DNA from: a virus
Virus record (IMG/VR): IMGVR_UViG_3300009783_000001
DNA length: 54,074 nt
Reading direction: 5' to 3' (one strand)
The notes beneath the pieces are model-generated. The model did no database searches. It saw only the letters and a list, made by a program, of their open reading frames with translations, and was not told the origin of the DNA. A program made the translations under genes and the position numbers. Positions 27,120-36,011 of the stretch are shown piece after piece (the stretch's first letter is position 1; each line of letters begins with the position of its first letter).

Positions 27120-28681
27120 TGGGCACCACCTACAAATGGAAGCGTCGCCCCTATCGGCACCAGGTCGAAGCGGTCAAGCAGGGCGTCAGAGCGCTCCAGA
27201 AGACTGGGGGGTTCGCATTGCTGATGGCGCCCCGCACAGGGAAAACCAAGACCGCAAGCGACATCTCAGCGATCATGCACCTCAAGGGACTGGTCAACCG
27301 GGTGCTCATCATCTGCCCCATCAGCGCCATCGACGTTTGGGTCAAGGAGCTCGAGGCGAACGTTCCTTACCCCATGCGGATCGTGATCTGGGATAGGCAG
27401 GGTCGAAAGACCACTGAGCTGCCCAAGTGGGGAACCGATTACCTCGACATCGTGATCGTCAACTACGACGCATTCTCTACCCCAGGGGTGAAGCGAGGGG
27501 CTCGGTCAACCGGGAAGTACGCGATCCTTGCCGCTATCCGCAGGTGGCAGCCTCAACTGGCGATCCTCGATGAGTCCCATCGCATCAAGTCGCCGAGTGC
27601 GGCCAAGACGAGGACCATCACGCAGCTCGCATGGCAGGAGCGACGCCCGAGGGGGAAGCCGATCTACCTGGAGAACTTGATCCCCTACCGACTGATCCTC
27701 ACCGGTACCGTGCTGACGAAGAAGAAGCGCATCTTCGACATCTACAGCCAGTGGAAGTTCCTCAACCCGTACTCGAAGCTCGTACGAGGCATGACCCTGG
27801 ACAGCTTCAAGAAGCTCTACTCGGTGTGGACCGAGCGCAACGGGTACCCGCAGTGGCTCAGGAACAAGAGCAATGCCGAGGACATCCTCAGGAGGCGGAT
27901 GCACAAGGACGCGTTCGCCATCACCCGAGACGAGTGCTACGACCTGCCGGGTCGACTCGATCCCGTCATCATCAAGGTGCCGCTGGTCAAGTCAGCGAAG
28001 TACTACGACGAGATGGCTGAGGAGATGATTATCCAGCTGAAGGGCGGGGAGTTCAGCTGGGCAAAGATCCCGCTGGTGCAGCGGTTGAGGCTGGCTCAGA
28101 TCACGGGTGGCATCCTCAAGATCGAGCCGAAAGACCCGGAAGACCCGGACGACAAGGGGCGCCTGGTCAGGGTGGGCGATGAGAAGCTCAAGATCCTGGC
28201 CGACATCCTCATCGACCTCCACGAGCAGGGCGAGAAGGTCGTCATCGGCGCACGGTTCCGAGGCGACATCAGCTCGATCCGCAGGCTCTGCGTGAAGATG
28301 AAGATCCCCGTATTCGAAGTGCACGGCGGCATCAGCGCAGCCCGCAAAGGGGGGAAGCCGTCAGAGCGTGACGAAATGATCCAGGGATTTACGGCAGCTG
28401 AGGGCTGCGCAGTATTCATCGGGCAGCCTGCCGCAGCTTCTGAGGCGATCGACCTGCGAACTGCTGGAACCATGATCTGGTATTCGTTGGTCCCCAGCTG
28501 GGTGCAGTTTACCCAGTTCGAGGATCGGATCGCCCTGAATGGCAAGGCCCTCCGTTACATCTACCTCCTTGCTGAGGGCACGGTCGACGAGCTGCAGTAC
28601 GCTGACCTCATGGAGGATGGCGACATGGCCAAGAGGATCACCGATTCGCCAGACCGGCTTCGCCGGAACTTCAAGGCATAA
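27119..28681 (+). CDS. SNF2-family helicase/ATPase
   Basis: Motif I LLMAPRTGKTKT and motif II ILDESHRIKS. C-terminal helicase domain (FIGQPAAASEAIDL). Confidence 0.85.
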   Translation: MGTTYKWKRRPYRHQVEAVKQGVRALQKTGGFALLMAPRTGKTKTASDISAIMHLKGLVNRVLIICPISAIDVWVKELEANVPYPMRIVIWDRQGRKTTELPKWGTDYLDIVIVNYDAFSTPGVKRGARSTGKYAILAAIRRWQPQLAILDESHRIKSPSAAKTRTITQLAWQERRPRGKPIYLENLIPYRLILTGTVLTKKKRIFDIYSQWKFLNPYSKLVRGMTLDSFKKLYSVWTERNGYPQWLRNKSNAEDILRRRMHKDAFAITRDECYDLPGRLDPVIIKVPLVKSAKYYDEMAEEMIIQLKGGEFSWAKIPLVQRLRLAQITGGILKIEPKDPEDPDDKGRLVRVGDEKLKILADILIDLHEQGEKVVIGARFRGDISSIRRLCVKMKIPVFEVHGGISAARKGGKPSERDEMIQGFTAAEGCAVFIGQPAAASEAIDLRTAGTMIWYSLVPSWVQFTQFEDRIALNGKALRYIYLLAEGTVDELQYADLMEDGDMAKRITDSPDRLRRNFKA

Positions 28682-28697
28682 TTCGAGAACGAGACTG

Positions 28698-28726
28698 TTG
28701 ATTGCGGGAACGCGGTTTGATATGAT
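28698..28726 (+). promoter_or_regulatory. sigma70-like promoter with conserved CAACGAAAGG leader
   Basis: TTGATT (28698-28703), 17 nt, TATGAT (28721-28726), then GTCAACGAAAGGAAATCCC-ATG. Confidence 0.55.
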
Positions 28727-28753
28727 GACTCGTAGTCAACGAAAGGAAATCCC

Positions 28754-29311
28754 ATGCTCATCGTAGAAGGGCCCGACGGGGCAGGAAAGACGACCCTCGT
28801 CTCCTCGCTCTGCACCCATCTTGAACTGGAGGTGCGACCTCGGTCATCGACCTCCGATCACGGTCCCGTGGGGGACATCGGTGATTGGATCGACAGGGAT
28901 TTCACCACCAACACCCACGTGGGGATCTATGACCGCCACCCGCTGATCTCCGAGACCATCTACGGCCCCCTCATTCGGGCCAGCCAGAGCGACCTGCTCG
29001 GCATGGGCCCGGTCGAGGACCTCTTCGAGATGTTGTACTCGACGTCGCCCCTGGTCATCATCTACTGCCTGCCCCCCGTCGCAGCAGTCCGGGTGAACGT
29101 GGGTCAGACCCACGAGGGCACCACCGACCATCTTCGAGGGGTGCTGAAGTTCACCGATCAGCTCTACGACCTGTACTCCTACAGGTACCTCATGGATGCA
29201 GCACGCGGTGTGGCCATCAAGTGGGACTACACGGATCTCGACGATGGCCGCAACTTCGAGAAGCTCAAGACCCAGGTCAAGGGCTGCGCCAAGAAGGGCA
29301 GGGTCTGGTGA
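28754..29311 (+). CDS. thymidylate-kinase-like dNMP kinase
   Basis: P-loop EGPDGAGKTT and YDRHPLISETIYG (DR motif region), as in dTMP kinases. Confidence 0.7.
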   Translation: MLIVEGPDGAGKTTLVSSLCTHLELEVRPRSSTSDHGPVGDIGDWIDRDFTTNTHVGIYDRHPLISETIYGPLIRASQSDLLGMGPVEDLFEMLYSTSPLVIIYCLPPVAAVRVNVGQTHEGTTDHLRGVLKFTDQLYDLYSYRYLMDAARGVAIKWDYTDLDDGRNFEKLKTQVKGCAKKGRVW

Positions 29312-29817
29312 TGCAGGATGACCTCTTCAAGTTGATGCTCGCCAAGCAACTCGAGTTGCAAACCCAGAAGATGAAGGATGGGGACCCCCGCAACCTCCGA
29401 GGGGAGGCCCGGGCGGACTTCATCCGATGGAACGCCTACGCCCTCGAAGACGAGATCCACGAGGCCACCGCCGAGGTCAAGTGGAAGCCCTGGGCCAAAG
29501 ATCCAGGTCAGCTGCCTGACATCATGGCCTACAACAAAGAGCTGGTCGACGCCTTCCACTTCTTCATGAACCTGCTCTTGGTCGGCAACCCGGGCTTGCC
29601 TCCCGAAGATCTGGCTGACCTCTTCTTCGATCTTTACATGGAGAAAAACGCCGTCAACGCCAAGCGCCAGGACGATGGCTACACCGGCGACAAGTGCCCG
29701 GTTTGCAAACGCGAGGTCGAAGCAGCAACCAAGCTGGGCGACGACCCCGCCACCCACACGACCTACTACAAGTGCCCCTGCGGCAACCGCTACCACATCC
29801 AGAAGGATCCAACGTGA
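29311..29817 (+). CDS. all-alpha NTP pyrophosphohydrolase (dimeric dUTPase/MazG-like, putative) with C-terminal zinc ribbon
   Basis: ALEDEIHEATAEVKWKPW ... ELVDAFHFFMNL helix pattern. C-terminus CPVC...CPCG. Confidence 0.5.
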   Translation: MQDDLFKLMLAKQLELQTQKMKDGDPRNLRGEARADFIRWNAYALEDEIHEATAEVKWKPWAKDPGQLPDIMAYNKELVDAFHFFMNLLLVGNPGLPPEDLADLFFDLYMEKNAVNAKRQDDGYTGDKCPVCKREVEAATKLGDDPATHTTYYKCPCGNRYHIQKDPT

Positions 29818-30875
29818 CCGCCACCACCCTCAAGCCCTCTGTCTTCGAGGCACCGACCCTGACCGAGCTGCACGCCAAGCTCTGTCGAGACATCGTCATG
29901 GCGCCAGCAGATGACCTCGACGTCATCAGCTCCGTCGATGTCCAGATCCACAACGCGATCTGTTACACGCCATCCATGAAGTGGGACTTCGATCTCAAGG
30001 ACATGTGGCTGACCAAGAGCCGATGGTCCATGATGGTCAAGCAGTACATCGACCCCGACGACCTCAAGGTGTGGCTCGAGCAGGTCACGGGAACCATCGG
30101 GGTCAAGGGCCGAGGGATCGCCACCCTCCGCACGAAGATCGTCAAGCCCCGAGGGGGCGAAGCGACGGGCCATACCAACAAGCAGACCCGGCGCTGGGGC
30201 TCCTGCATGCTGGCGATCACCTACAAGGCGAAGCCCCGCCCGCAGATCACGCTCTACTCCCGGACCAGCTACCTCGGCTACCTCGGCGGGCTTGACATCA
30301 GCGTTGCCTGGATGTGCGCTCGGTACGTCGCCAAGGAACTCGGCATCAACGTCGAGGACATCGCGTTCTGCTGGATGAACGAATCGCTGCAGTACCACAA
30401 CTTCAAGTCCATGGCCTACTTGCTCAACCACCCGAACAAGAGCGAGCGGAAGGCCTACCGGGCCATGCTGATGTGGCCGGAGAAGAAGATCAAGAAGAAG
30501 CGCCCTGACCTCATCAAGGTCCTTGCCAAGTCGCCTGCCTTGAACCTGACGCGGAAGTGGCTGCAGAAGGTCATCCAGGAAGACGCAGACGGCAAAACCT
30601 TGGGCGACATGACCTACAACACCTACCGCCGCATCCGCCGGCGCTTCCACACCGAGGTGATGGGGTACGAATACGCCCAGAAGTTCGAGGGGTGGTCGGT
30701 CTACAAGACCGGCGATCAGAAGGGGGAGAACAAGGAGTTCTTCAAGGCCTACCAGCCCCTGCCCTCGGTCAACATCCACGACTGCGACTTCTCGGCCATC
30801 GGCCTTTCCATCAAGGGGACATGGGGAGTGCCCTTCGACGAGTCCGCCGGCGATCCCGATGAGGATGAGGACTGA
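29814..30875 (+). CDS. divergent thymidylate-synthase-fold (ThyA-like) protein
   Basis: RRWGSCMLAITYK..PQITLYSRTSYLGYLGGLDISVAWMCARYVA aligns by eye to the ThyA core PCH..[24 protein letters not shown]. Catalytic-Cys position retained; RSxD degenerate. Confidence 0.5.
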   Translation: MTATTLKPSVFEAPTLTELHAKLCRDIVMAPADDLDVISSVDVQIHNAICYTPSMKWDFDLKDMWLTKSRWSMMVKQYIDPDDLKVWLEQVTGTIGVKGRGIATLRTKIVKPRGGEATGHTNKQTRRWGSCMLAITYKAKPRPQITLYSRTSYLGYLGGLDISVAWMCARYVAKELGINVEDIAFCWMNESLQYHNFKSMAYLLNHPNKSERKAYRAMLMWPEKKIKKKRPDLIKVLAKSPALNLTRKWLQKVIQEDADGKTLGDMTYNTYRRIRRRFHTEVMGYEYAQKFEGWSVYKTGDQKGENKEFFKAYQPLPSVNIHDCDFSAIGLSIKGTWGVPFDESAGDPDEDED

Positions 30876-31051
30876 TGCCCCCAAACCAATGCGAGTTCAA
30901 GGCCCCGTTTCGGGGCAAGATGGTGCGATGCACCCAGGTCGCTCGATGGGTAGGTCGACTGCACGGTTCCACCGGCGACCTTGCCCTAGTCTGCGACGGC
31001 CACCAACACTTCCTCTGGGAACCGAAGGAGATCAAGCATGAGGGTTCTTGA
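30875..31051 (+). CDS. small Cys/His-rich protein (58 aa)
   Basis: ATG 30875 overlaps the upstream stop (TGATG). MPPNQCEFKAPFRGKMVRCTQ...LVCDGHQHF. Below the ORF-track size cutoff. Confidence 0.35.
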   Translation: MPPNQCEFKAPFRGKMVRCTQVARWVGRLHGSTGDLALVCDGHQHFLWEPKEIKHEGS

Positions 31052-31862
31052 CGACTACGACGAGTTCGATGACATGGTGGAGGACTTGAGGCTCATGTTC
31101 CTCAATTCTGCCAAGGTCGTCGACGTGGGCGAATGGCACTCGCAGCCGATCGACAACCCCCTGCTCATCACCCGAGAGCTTCAGGACGCGATCCTGGTGA
31201 TCCCAGTGCCAACCAATCAGCCGATGCTCGAGCGCCGGGTGCGCCCCAACATGCCCTGGGCTGAGGATCATTTCCAGGAAAGGGTCTCGGGTCGACCGCT
31301 GAACCCGCCGCCCAGCAACGAGTGGTGGCCCTTTGCCCAACAGGGCAACGCGAGTCACAAGGAGGGGGATGGGATCTTCTCGCACACCTACCCGGAGCGC
31401 ATGTGGCCCAAGTATGGGGGTGAGGTGGGTCGACTCTTCGCTCCTGATCCAGAAGAGTGGCCCCGGTACACCCGCAACAACACGAACCTCAACCACAACG
31501 CGGGGCTTCGCTATCGGCTGGGGGATCTCGATGACCTGGTCGAGCAGCTCAAGGACAACCCTGAGACACGCCAGGCATACTTGCCGATCTGGTTCCCGGA
31601 AGACACCGGGGCTGTTGACGGTCAGCGAGTGCCCTGCACGCTCGGGTACCACTTCCTGATCCGGGATGGGAAGATCAACTGCAGCTACTACATCCGCTCA
31701 TGTGACTTCATCCGGCACTTCAGGGATGACGTCTACATGGCGGCTCGGTTGATGCAGTGGATCGCAGACAAGTTGCCGGGGGTCAAGCCCGGCGACCTCA
31801 ACATGTACATCGCCTCGTTTCACGTCTTCGAGGGTGATGTATCCAAGCTGAAGGCGATGTGA
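31038..31862 (+). CDS. ThyA-family pyrimidine C5-transferase (dCMP hydroxymethylase/methylase-like)
   Basis: ETRQAYLPIWFPED...VPCTLGYHFLIRDGKINCSYYIRSCDFIRHFRDDVYMAARL...ASFHVFEGD is the canonical TS core, with Asp at the Asn177-equivalent position. Confidence 0.65.
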   Translation: MRVLDDYDEFDDMVEDLRLMFLNSAKVVDVGEWHSQPIDNPLLITRELQDAILVIPVPTNQPMLERRVRPNMPWAEDHFQERVSGRPLNPPPSNEWWPFAQQGNASHKEGDGIFSHTYPERMWPKYGGEVGRLFAPDPEEWPRYTRNNTNLNHNAGLRYRLGDLDDLVEQLKDNPETRQAYLPIWFPEDTGAVDGQRVPCTLGYHFLIRDGKINCSYYIRSCDFIRHFRDDVYMAARLMQWIADKLPGVKPGDLNMYIASFHVFEGDVSKLKAM

Positions 31863-32332
31863 TGAGGATCTCACGAGACCAGATGTTGCTCAAGATGGCG
31901 CAGGTGGCAGCGATGCGAGGCACTTGCTCACGAGCACGCGTAGGTGTGGTAATTGCACGCGAGGGGCGGGTGTTGTCAACGGGCTACAACGGGGCTCCTG
32001 CCGGCATGGACCATTGCAACCACACCTGCACGTGCCCTCCTCGTCGAACGGTCATCCACCAGGCTGACTGCCCTGAGGTCATGCCTTGCCGGCTCTCGGT
32101 TCATGGGGAGGCCAACGCCATCGCTTACGCAGCTCGGTACGGGGTTCAGGTCGACGGCGCCACCCTCGCCACTACCCTGAGCCCATGCATCCCGTGCGCC
32201 CAGCTCATCATCAACGCCGGAATCACGAGGGTGCTTTGGGCTTCTGAGTACCGAGACACGAGCGGGATCGATCTTCTTTGTTCTGCCGGGCTGTTGACGC
32301 AATGGATCCCTGCTGATAGCATGGACTCATGA
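31859..32332 (+). CDS. dCMP deaminase
   Basis: Zinc motifs HGEANA and PCIPC. GYNG motif. Confidence 0.85.
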   Translation: MMRISRDQMLLKMAQVAAMRGTCSRARVGVVIAREGRVLSTGYNGAPAGMDHCNHTCTCPPRRTVIHQADCPEVMPCRLSVHGEANAIAYAARYGVQVDGATLATTLSPCIPCAQLIINAGITRVLWASEYRDTSGIDLLCSAGLLTQWIPADSMDS

Positions 32333-34860
32333 CGATTCGGAACCCTGATTGCACTGCCTGCAAGCTCCATCGTGGTGTCGAGGAGGTTTGCGAGATAGGG
32401 TTCGGGCCGAAGAAGGCTGACATCATGGTGGTGGGCAAGATGCCCAACAGCTCCACCTATCGAGCCTCTCTTGAAGCGGATCTGCTCGAGGTGGGGATCG
32501 ACCCAGCAACCGTCTACTTCACCTCGGCGCTGAAGTGCAGGAACTTCGACCTGAACGCCAGCAACGTCGACATCAAGGCATGCCGGCCCTACCTCGACGC
32601 GGAAATCGAGAAGGTGCAGCCCAAGTGGATCCTCGCAACGGGCAATGAGGGACTCTTTGCACTCACAGGCCACTCAGGCATCATGAAGTATCGCAGCCGG
32701 GTGATCGAGCGAGGCGATATCTCGATCATCCCTACGATCTCCCCAGCAGCTGCTCTGCGCAACCCAGGCCAGCGAGGGTCATGGCTGACCGACCTGAGGT
32801 TCTTCGCATCGCAGGTGTTCGAGAAATCGGCCAAGATCGCCAAACCCGAGATGGTCTACATCACGACCAAGAAGCGATTCCTCTGGCTCAAGAAGATCCT
32901 CGCTAAGACCGAGTTGATCTCCTACGACATCGAGACCTATTCCACACCGATGGGTGACGAGTTCGCCGACAACGCTGCGATCGTGAGTCTCTCGGGCACT
33001 TGCGTTCTGCGCAACGGCAAGGTAGTCGTCTGGTGCATCCCCCTTTTCCACCCGCAATCGCCCTTCCGCAGCAACTGGCGGCAAGCGTTGAGGCAGCTAG
33101 CTCCGCTGTTGGAAGCGATCCCAAAGCAGATTGCTCACAACGGCAAGTACGACGCTCGCTGGATGAGGCAATTCGGGGTACGCATGGTTGTGACCTTCGA
33201 CACCATGCTCGCTTGCCACCTCCTCGACGAGAATCGAGCCAAGGGCCTCAAGCCTCAAGCCACCTCCCGCTTCGGGGTGGCCCCCTGGGGCGTTGACACA
33301 AGGAACCTGCTCGACATGCCGATCGAGGAGGTGATGGAGTACAACTGCCTCGACACCTTCTACACCTATCACGTCTACCTCGAGACGAAGGAAGAGCTCA
33401 AGGCTCAGCCTCGGTTGCTGCGCATCTTCATCCTCATCACGACCAAGGCGAACAACATCCTGATTGACGTCGAGCGACATGGGGTGTGGACCGATCGTGA
33501 GCGACTTCAGACGCAAACCGCCCGGACGCTTGCGCTTCGTGACGAGGTCGACAAGCAGTTGATGGCTTGGGTTCCTGAGGTGGGCTGGGAACCTTCGCCT
33601 AAGAAAGCCAAGAAGGGCAAGACTGCATGGCCCACACAGGGCAAGGGCATCAAACCAGTCGAGGTCAACTTCAACCCCTCCAACTTCGCTCGCTGGTGGA
33701 TCTTTGATTACCTCGGGCTACCGATCCTCGAGCGAGGCAAAGACAAGCCCGATGGGGGCCCGGGTGACCCCTCCATGAAGGAGGCGGTGCTCATGGAGCT
33801 CAAGGAGAGTCACGAGGTAGTAGCCTTGCTGCTCGAGCGGGCTCGACTACAGAAGATGACCACCTTCTTCAACGCCTACAACAACATCATCGACGAGGCT
33901 GACCGCATCCGCACTACGTTCAAGCTCGCCGGCACCGTGACCGGGCGACTGAGCAGTGGCAAGGCTGATGCCGACAAGATCCCTGGTGCTCGGGACATTC
34001 GAGGGGTGAACCTGCAACAGGTACCTCGTGACCCCGCCGTACGAGGGCTCTTCGGGGCACCTCCTCCGAAGTACCTCTTCATCGAAGCTGACTTCTCCCA
34101 GGTCGAGCTCAGGGTTGTCGCCTTCATCTCACGTGACCCTCGCATGATGTACCTCTACCAAACGGGGCAGGACATTCACCGAGCCACCGCTGCGGAAACC
34201 CTCGGGGTGCCCATCGACCAGGTGAGCAAGGACGATCGCAAGAAAGCCAAGGCGGTGAACTTCGGCTTCGTCTACGGCATGGGGTGGAAGAAGTTCATCC
34301 AGACTGCCTTCGAGAAGTACGAGCTCCACTTCACCGAGGCTGAGGCCATGGCTATCCGGAAGGCCTTCTTCAGGCAATTCCCCGGTCTACTGCCCTGGCA
34401 CGCTCGTCAACGACGCCTGGTGAACGAGCACATGAGGGTTGTCTCGCCCCTCGGTAGGGTACGCCACCTGCCCGACATCCTCTCAGGCGAGCAGGGAGTG
34501 AGGGGTGAAGCCGAGCGACAGGCCATCAACTCGCCCGTGCAGTCGTTCGCTTCAGACATGACCCAGCTCAGCATGATCTTGATCCATGAGCACTTCGAGA
34601 AGCTTGGTATCAAGGCACACATCCTGGGCTCGGTGCATGATGCTCTCCTCTTCGAGGTTCACCACAAGCATGTTGCTCGAGCCATGCCGATCATCAAGTC
34701 CACCATGGAGAACCTCCCGCTCAAGCGGATGTTCGGCATCACCCTCGATGTTCCCATCGTCGCTGACCTCAAGCTTGGCACCCACTGGGGTGATGCAACT
34801 GAGCTCGAGGAACACGAAGTCTACAACTACAACCCCAAGAAAGCACTGGTCAACGCATGA
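32329..34860 (+). CDS. polA: family A DNA polymerase with 3'-5' exonuclease and N-terminal UDG-family-4-like domain
   Basis: Exo I SYDIETYS. Motif A DFSQVELRV, motif B KKAKAVNFGFVYGMG, motif C SVHDALLFE. N-terminal ~170 aa: CTACKLH...VGKMPN...ALKC...KAC...ISPAAALRNP. Confidence 0.9.
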   Translation: MTIRNPDCTACKLHRGVEEVCEIGFGPKKADIMVVGKMPNSSTYRASLEADLLEVGIDPATVYFTSALKCRNFDLNASNVDIKACRPYLDAEIEKVQPKWILATGNEGLFALTGHSGIMKYRSRVIERGDISIIPTISPAAALRNPGQRGSWLTDLRFFASQVFEKSAKIAKPEMVYITTKKRFLWLKKILAKTELISYDIETYSTPMGDEFADNAAIVSLSGTCVLRNGKVVVWCIPLFHPQSPFRSNWRQALRQLAPLLEAIPKQIAHNGKYDARWMRQFGVRMVVTFDTMLACHLLDENRAKGLKPQATSRFGVAPWGVDTRNLLDMPIEEVMEYNCLDTFYTYHVYLETKEELKAQPRLLRIFILITTKANNILIDVERHGVWTDRERLQTQTARTLALRDEVDKQLMAWVPEVGWEPSPKKAKKGKTAWPTQGKGIKPVEVNFNPSNFARWWIFDYLGLPILERGKDKPDGGPGDPSMKEAVLMELKESHEVVALLLERARLQKMTTFFNAYNNIIDEADRIRTTFKLAGTVTGRLSSGKADADKIPGARDIRGVNLQQVPRDPAVRGLFGAPPPKYLFIEADFSQVELRVVAFISRDPRMMYLYQTGQDIHRATAAETLGVPIDQVSKDDRKKAKAVNFGFVYGMGWKKFIQTAFEKYELHFTEAEAMAIRKAFFRQFPGLLPWHARQRRLVNEHMRVVSPLGRVRHLPDILSGEQGVRGEAERQAINSPVQSFASDMTQLSMILIHEHFEKLGIKAHILGSVHDALLFEVHHKHVARAMPIIKSTMENLPLKRMFGITLDVPIVADLKLGTHWGDATELEEHEVYNYNPKKALVNA

Positions 34861-35615
34861 CTGACACCCGACACCTCCTCAAGCCGGAAGAACTCGAGGC
34901 CCTCGAGAAGCCAGCCGAGTTCTTCCCCGACCTGGTCTGCGAGTACCGAGATCACATGGGCGACGATGACGCGGTCATCGAAGCCATGCTGGTGAGCACG
35001 CAGGGCGCCAGCGCCAAGGACCTCAAGGCCGACAAGGGCCGCATCGACTTCCTCATGAAGAACCGACACGGCACGCCGTTCGAGCACACCGCCATCAAGT
35101 TCTACGTGCGGGCGCCGATCATGGTCTTCCGGGAGTGGCACCGCCACCGCATCGGCTTCAGCTACAACGAGGTCTCGGCTCGGTACAAAGTGATGGAGCC
35201 CCACTTCTACATCCCCGGCCCCGATCGCCCCCTGGTGCAGCACGGCAAGCACAGCAACACCTGGTTCGAGCCGGCGACGCCCGAGCAGTACGACATCTTC
35301 GTCAACGACCAGCAGGAGACCTTCGAGTTCCAGTGGTACAAGTACGCCAAGCAGCTCAAGGACGGCATCGCCAAGGAGGTCGCTCGAGACGTACTCGGTG
35401 TGGGCCTCTACACGCAGATGTTCGTCACCCTCAACCTCCGCTCGGCCCTGAGCTTCCTCTCGCTGCGGCAGAAGTTCACCGCCGAGGAGGCGATGTTCCC
35501 CTCGTCGCCGCAGTGGGAGATCAACCAGTGCGCCAACCAGATGGAAGCCACCATCGCCGAGCTCTTCCCCCTGACCCACCAGTGCTACGTGGATCGCCTC
35601 CGCGTCGCCCCCTGA
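34857..35615 (+). CDS. thyX: flavin-dependent thymidylate synthase ThyX
   Basis: ThyX signature WHRHRIGFSYNEVSARY (RHRxxSxxxxSxR). Confidence 0.9.
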   Translation: MTDTRHLLKPEELEALEKPAEFFPDLVCEYRDHMGDDDAVIEAMLVSTQGASAKDLKADKGRIDFLMKNRHGTPFEHTAIKFYVRAPIMVFREWHRHRIGFSYNEVSARYKVMEPHFYIPGPDRPLVQHGKHSNTWFEPATPEQYDIFVNDQQETFEFQWYKYAKQLKDGIAKEVARDVLGVGLYTQMFVTLNLRSALSFLSLRQKFTAEEAMFPSSPQWEINQCANQMEATIAELFPLTHQCYVDRLRVAP

Positions 35616-35626
35616 GGAGAACAACC

Positions 35627-35935
35627 ATGCAAGATGAGAAGTACGTCGTTTTCAAGCGGGAGGACCTCGAGCGGTTCTTCACCGAGCAGGTTGGCACGGC
35701 CAACAGGCAGTTCCTCCTGCGTCAGTCCCTGGATGATGCGGTTGTCATTCGCACCCAAGACCTCTTCGCTGGGCCTGCCCTGCACGTCTACGCGAACTCG
35801 ATCGCCCTGGCCTCACACCTGGCCTCCACCCCTGACATCGTCGAGCGGCTTGAGGTGGTCGTCGATTACTTCAGCGAGCGAGCGGACGAGGCTGATGAGA
35901 AGCGCCGACGGGGTGTGGCCCACCTGCCCGATTGA
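35627..35935 (+). CDS. hypothetical protein (102 aa)
   Basis: ATG 35627 with a GAGGAGA RBS. Confidence 0.55.
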   Translation: MQDEKYVVFKREDLERFFTEQVGTANRQFLLRQSLDDAVVIRTQDLFAGPALHVYANSIALASHLASTPDIVERLEVVVDYFSERADEADEKRRRGVAHLPD

Positions 35936-35952
35936 GAACAAGAACGGGGCAT

Positions 35953-35982
35953 TTGACTTGAAGAGCAAGGTAGCGATATGAT
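35953..35982 (+). promoter_or_regulatory. sigma70-like promoter of the recombination module
   Basis: TTGACT (35953-35958), 18 nt, TATGAT (35977-35982). GAAAGG RBS before GTG 36012. Confidence 0.5.
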
Positions 35983-36011
35983 TGCTACCCAAGATGAAAG
36001 GGTCTGGCTAG

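Noticed and set aside
29790-30884. 364-aa minus-strand ORF opposite the divergent ThyA-fold gene
   Set aside because: It is a shadow ORF. The + frame is translationally coupled to both neighbours and shows the TS-core pattern.
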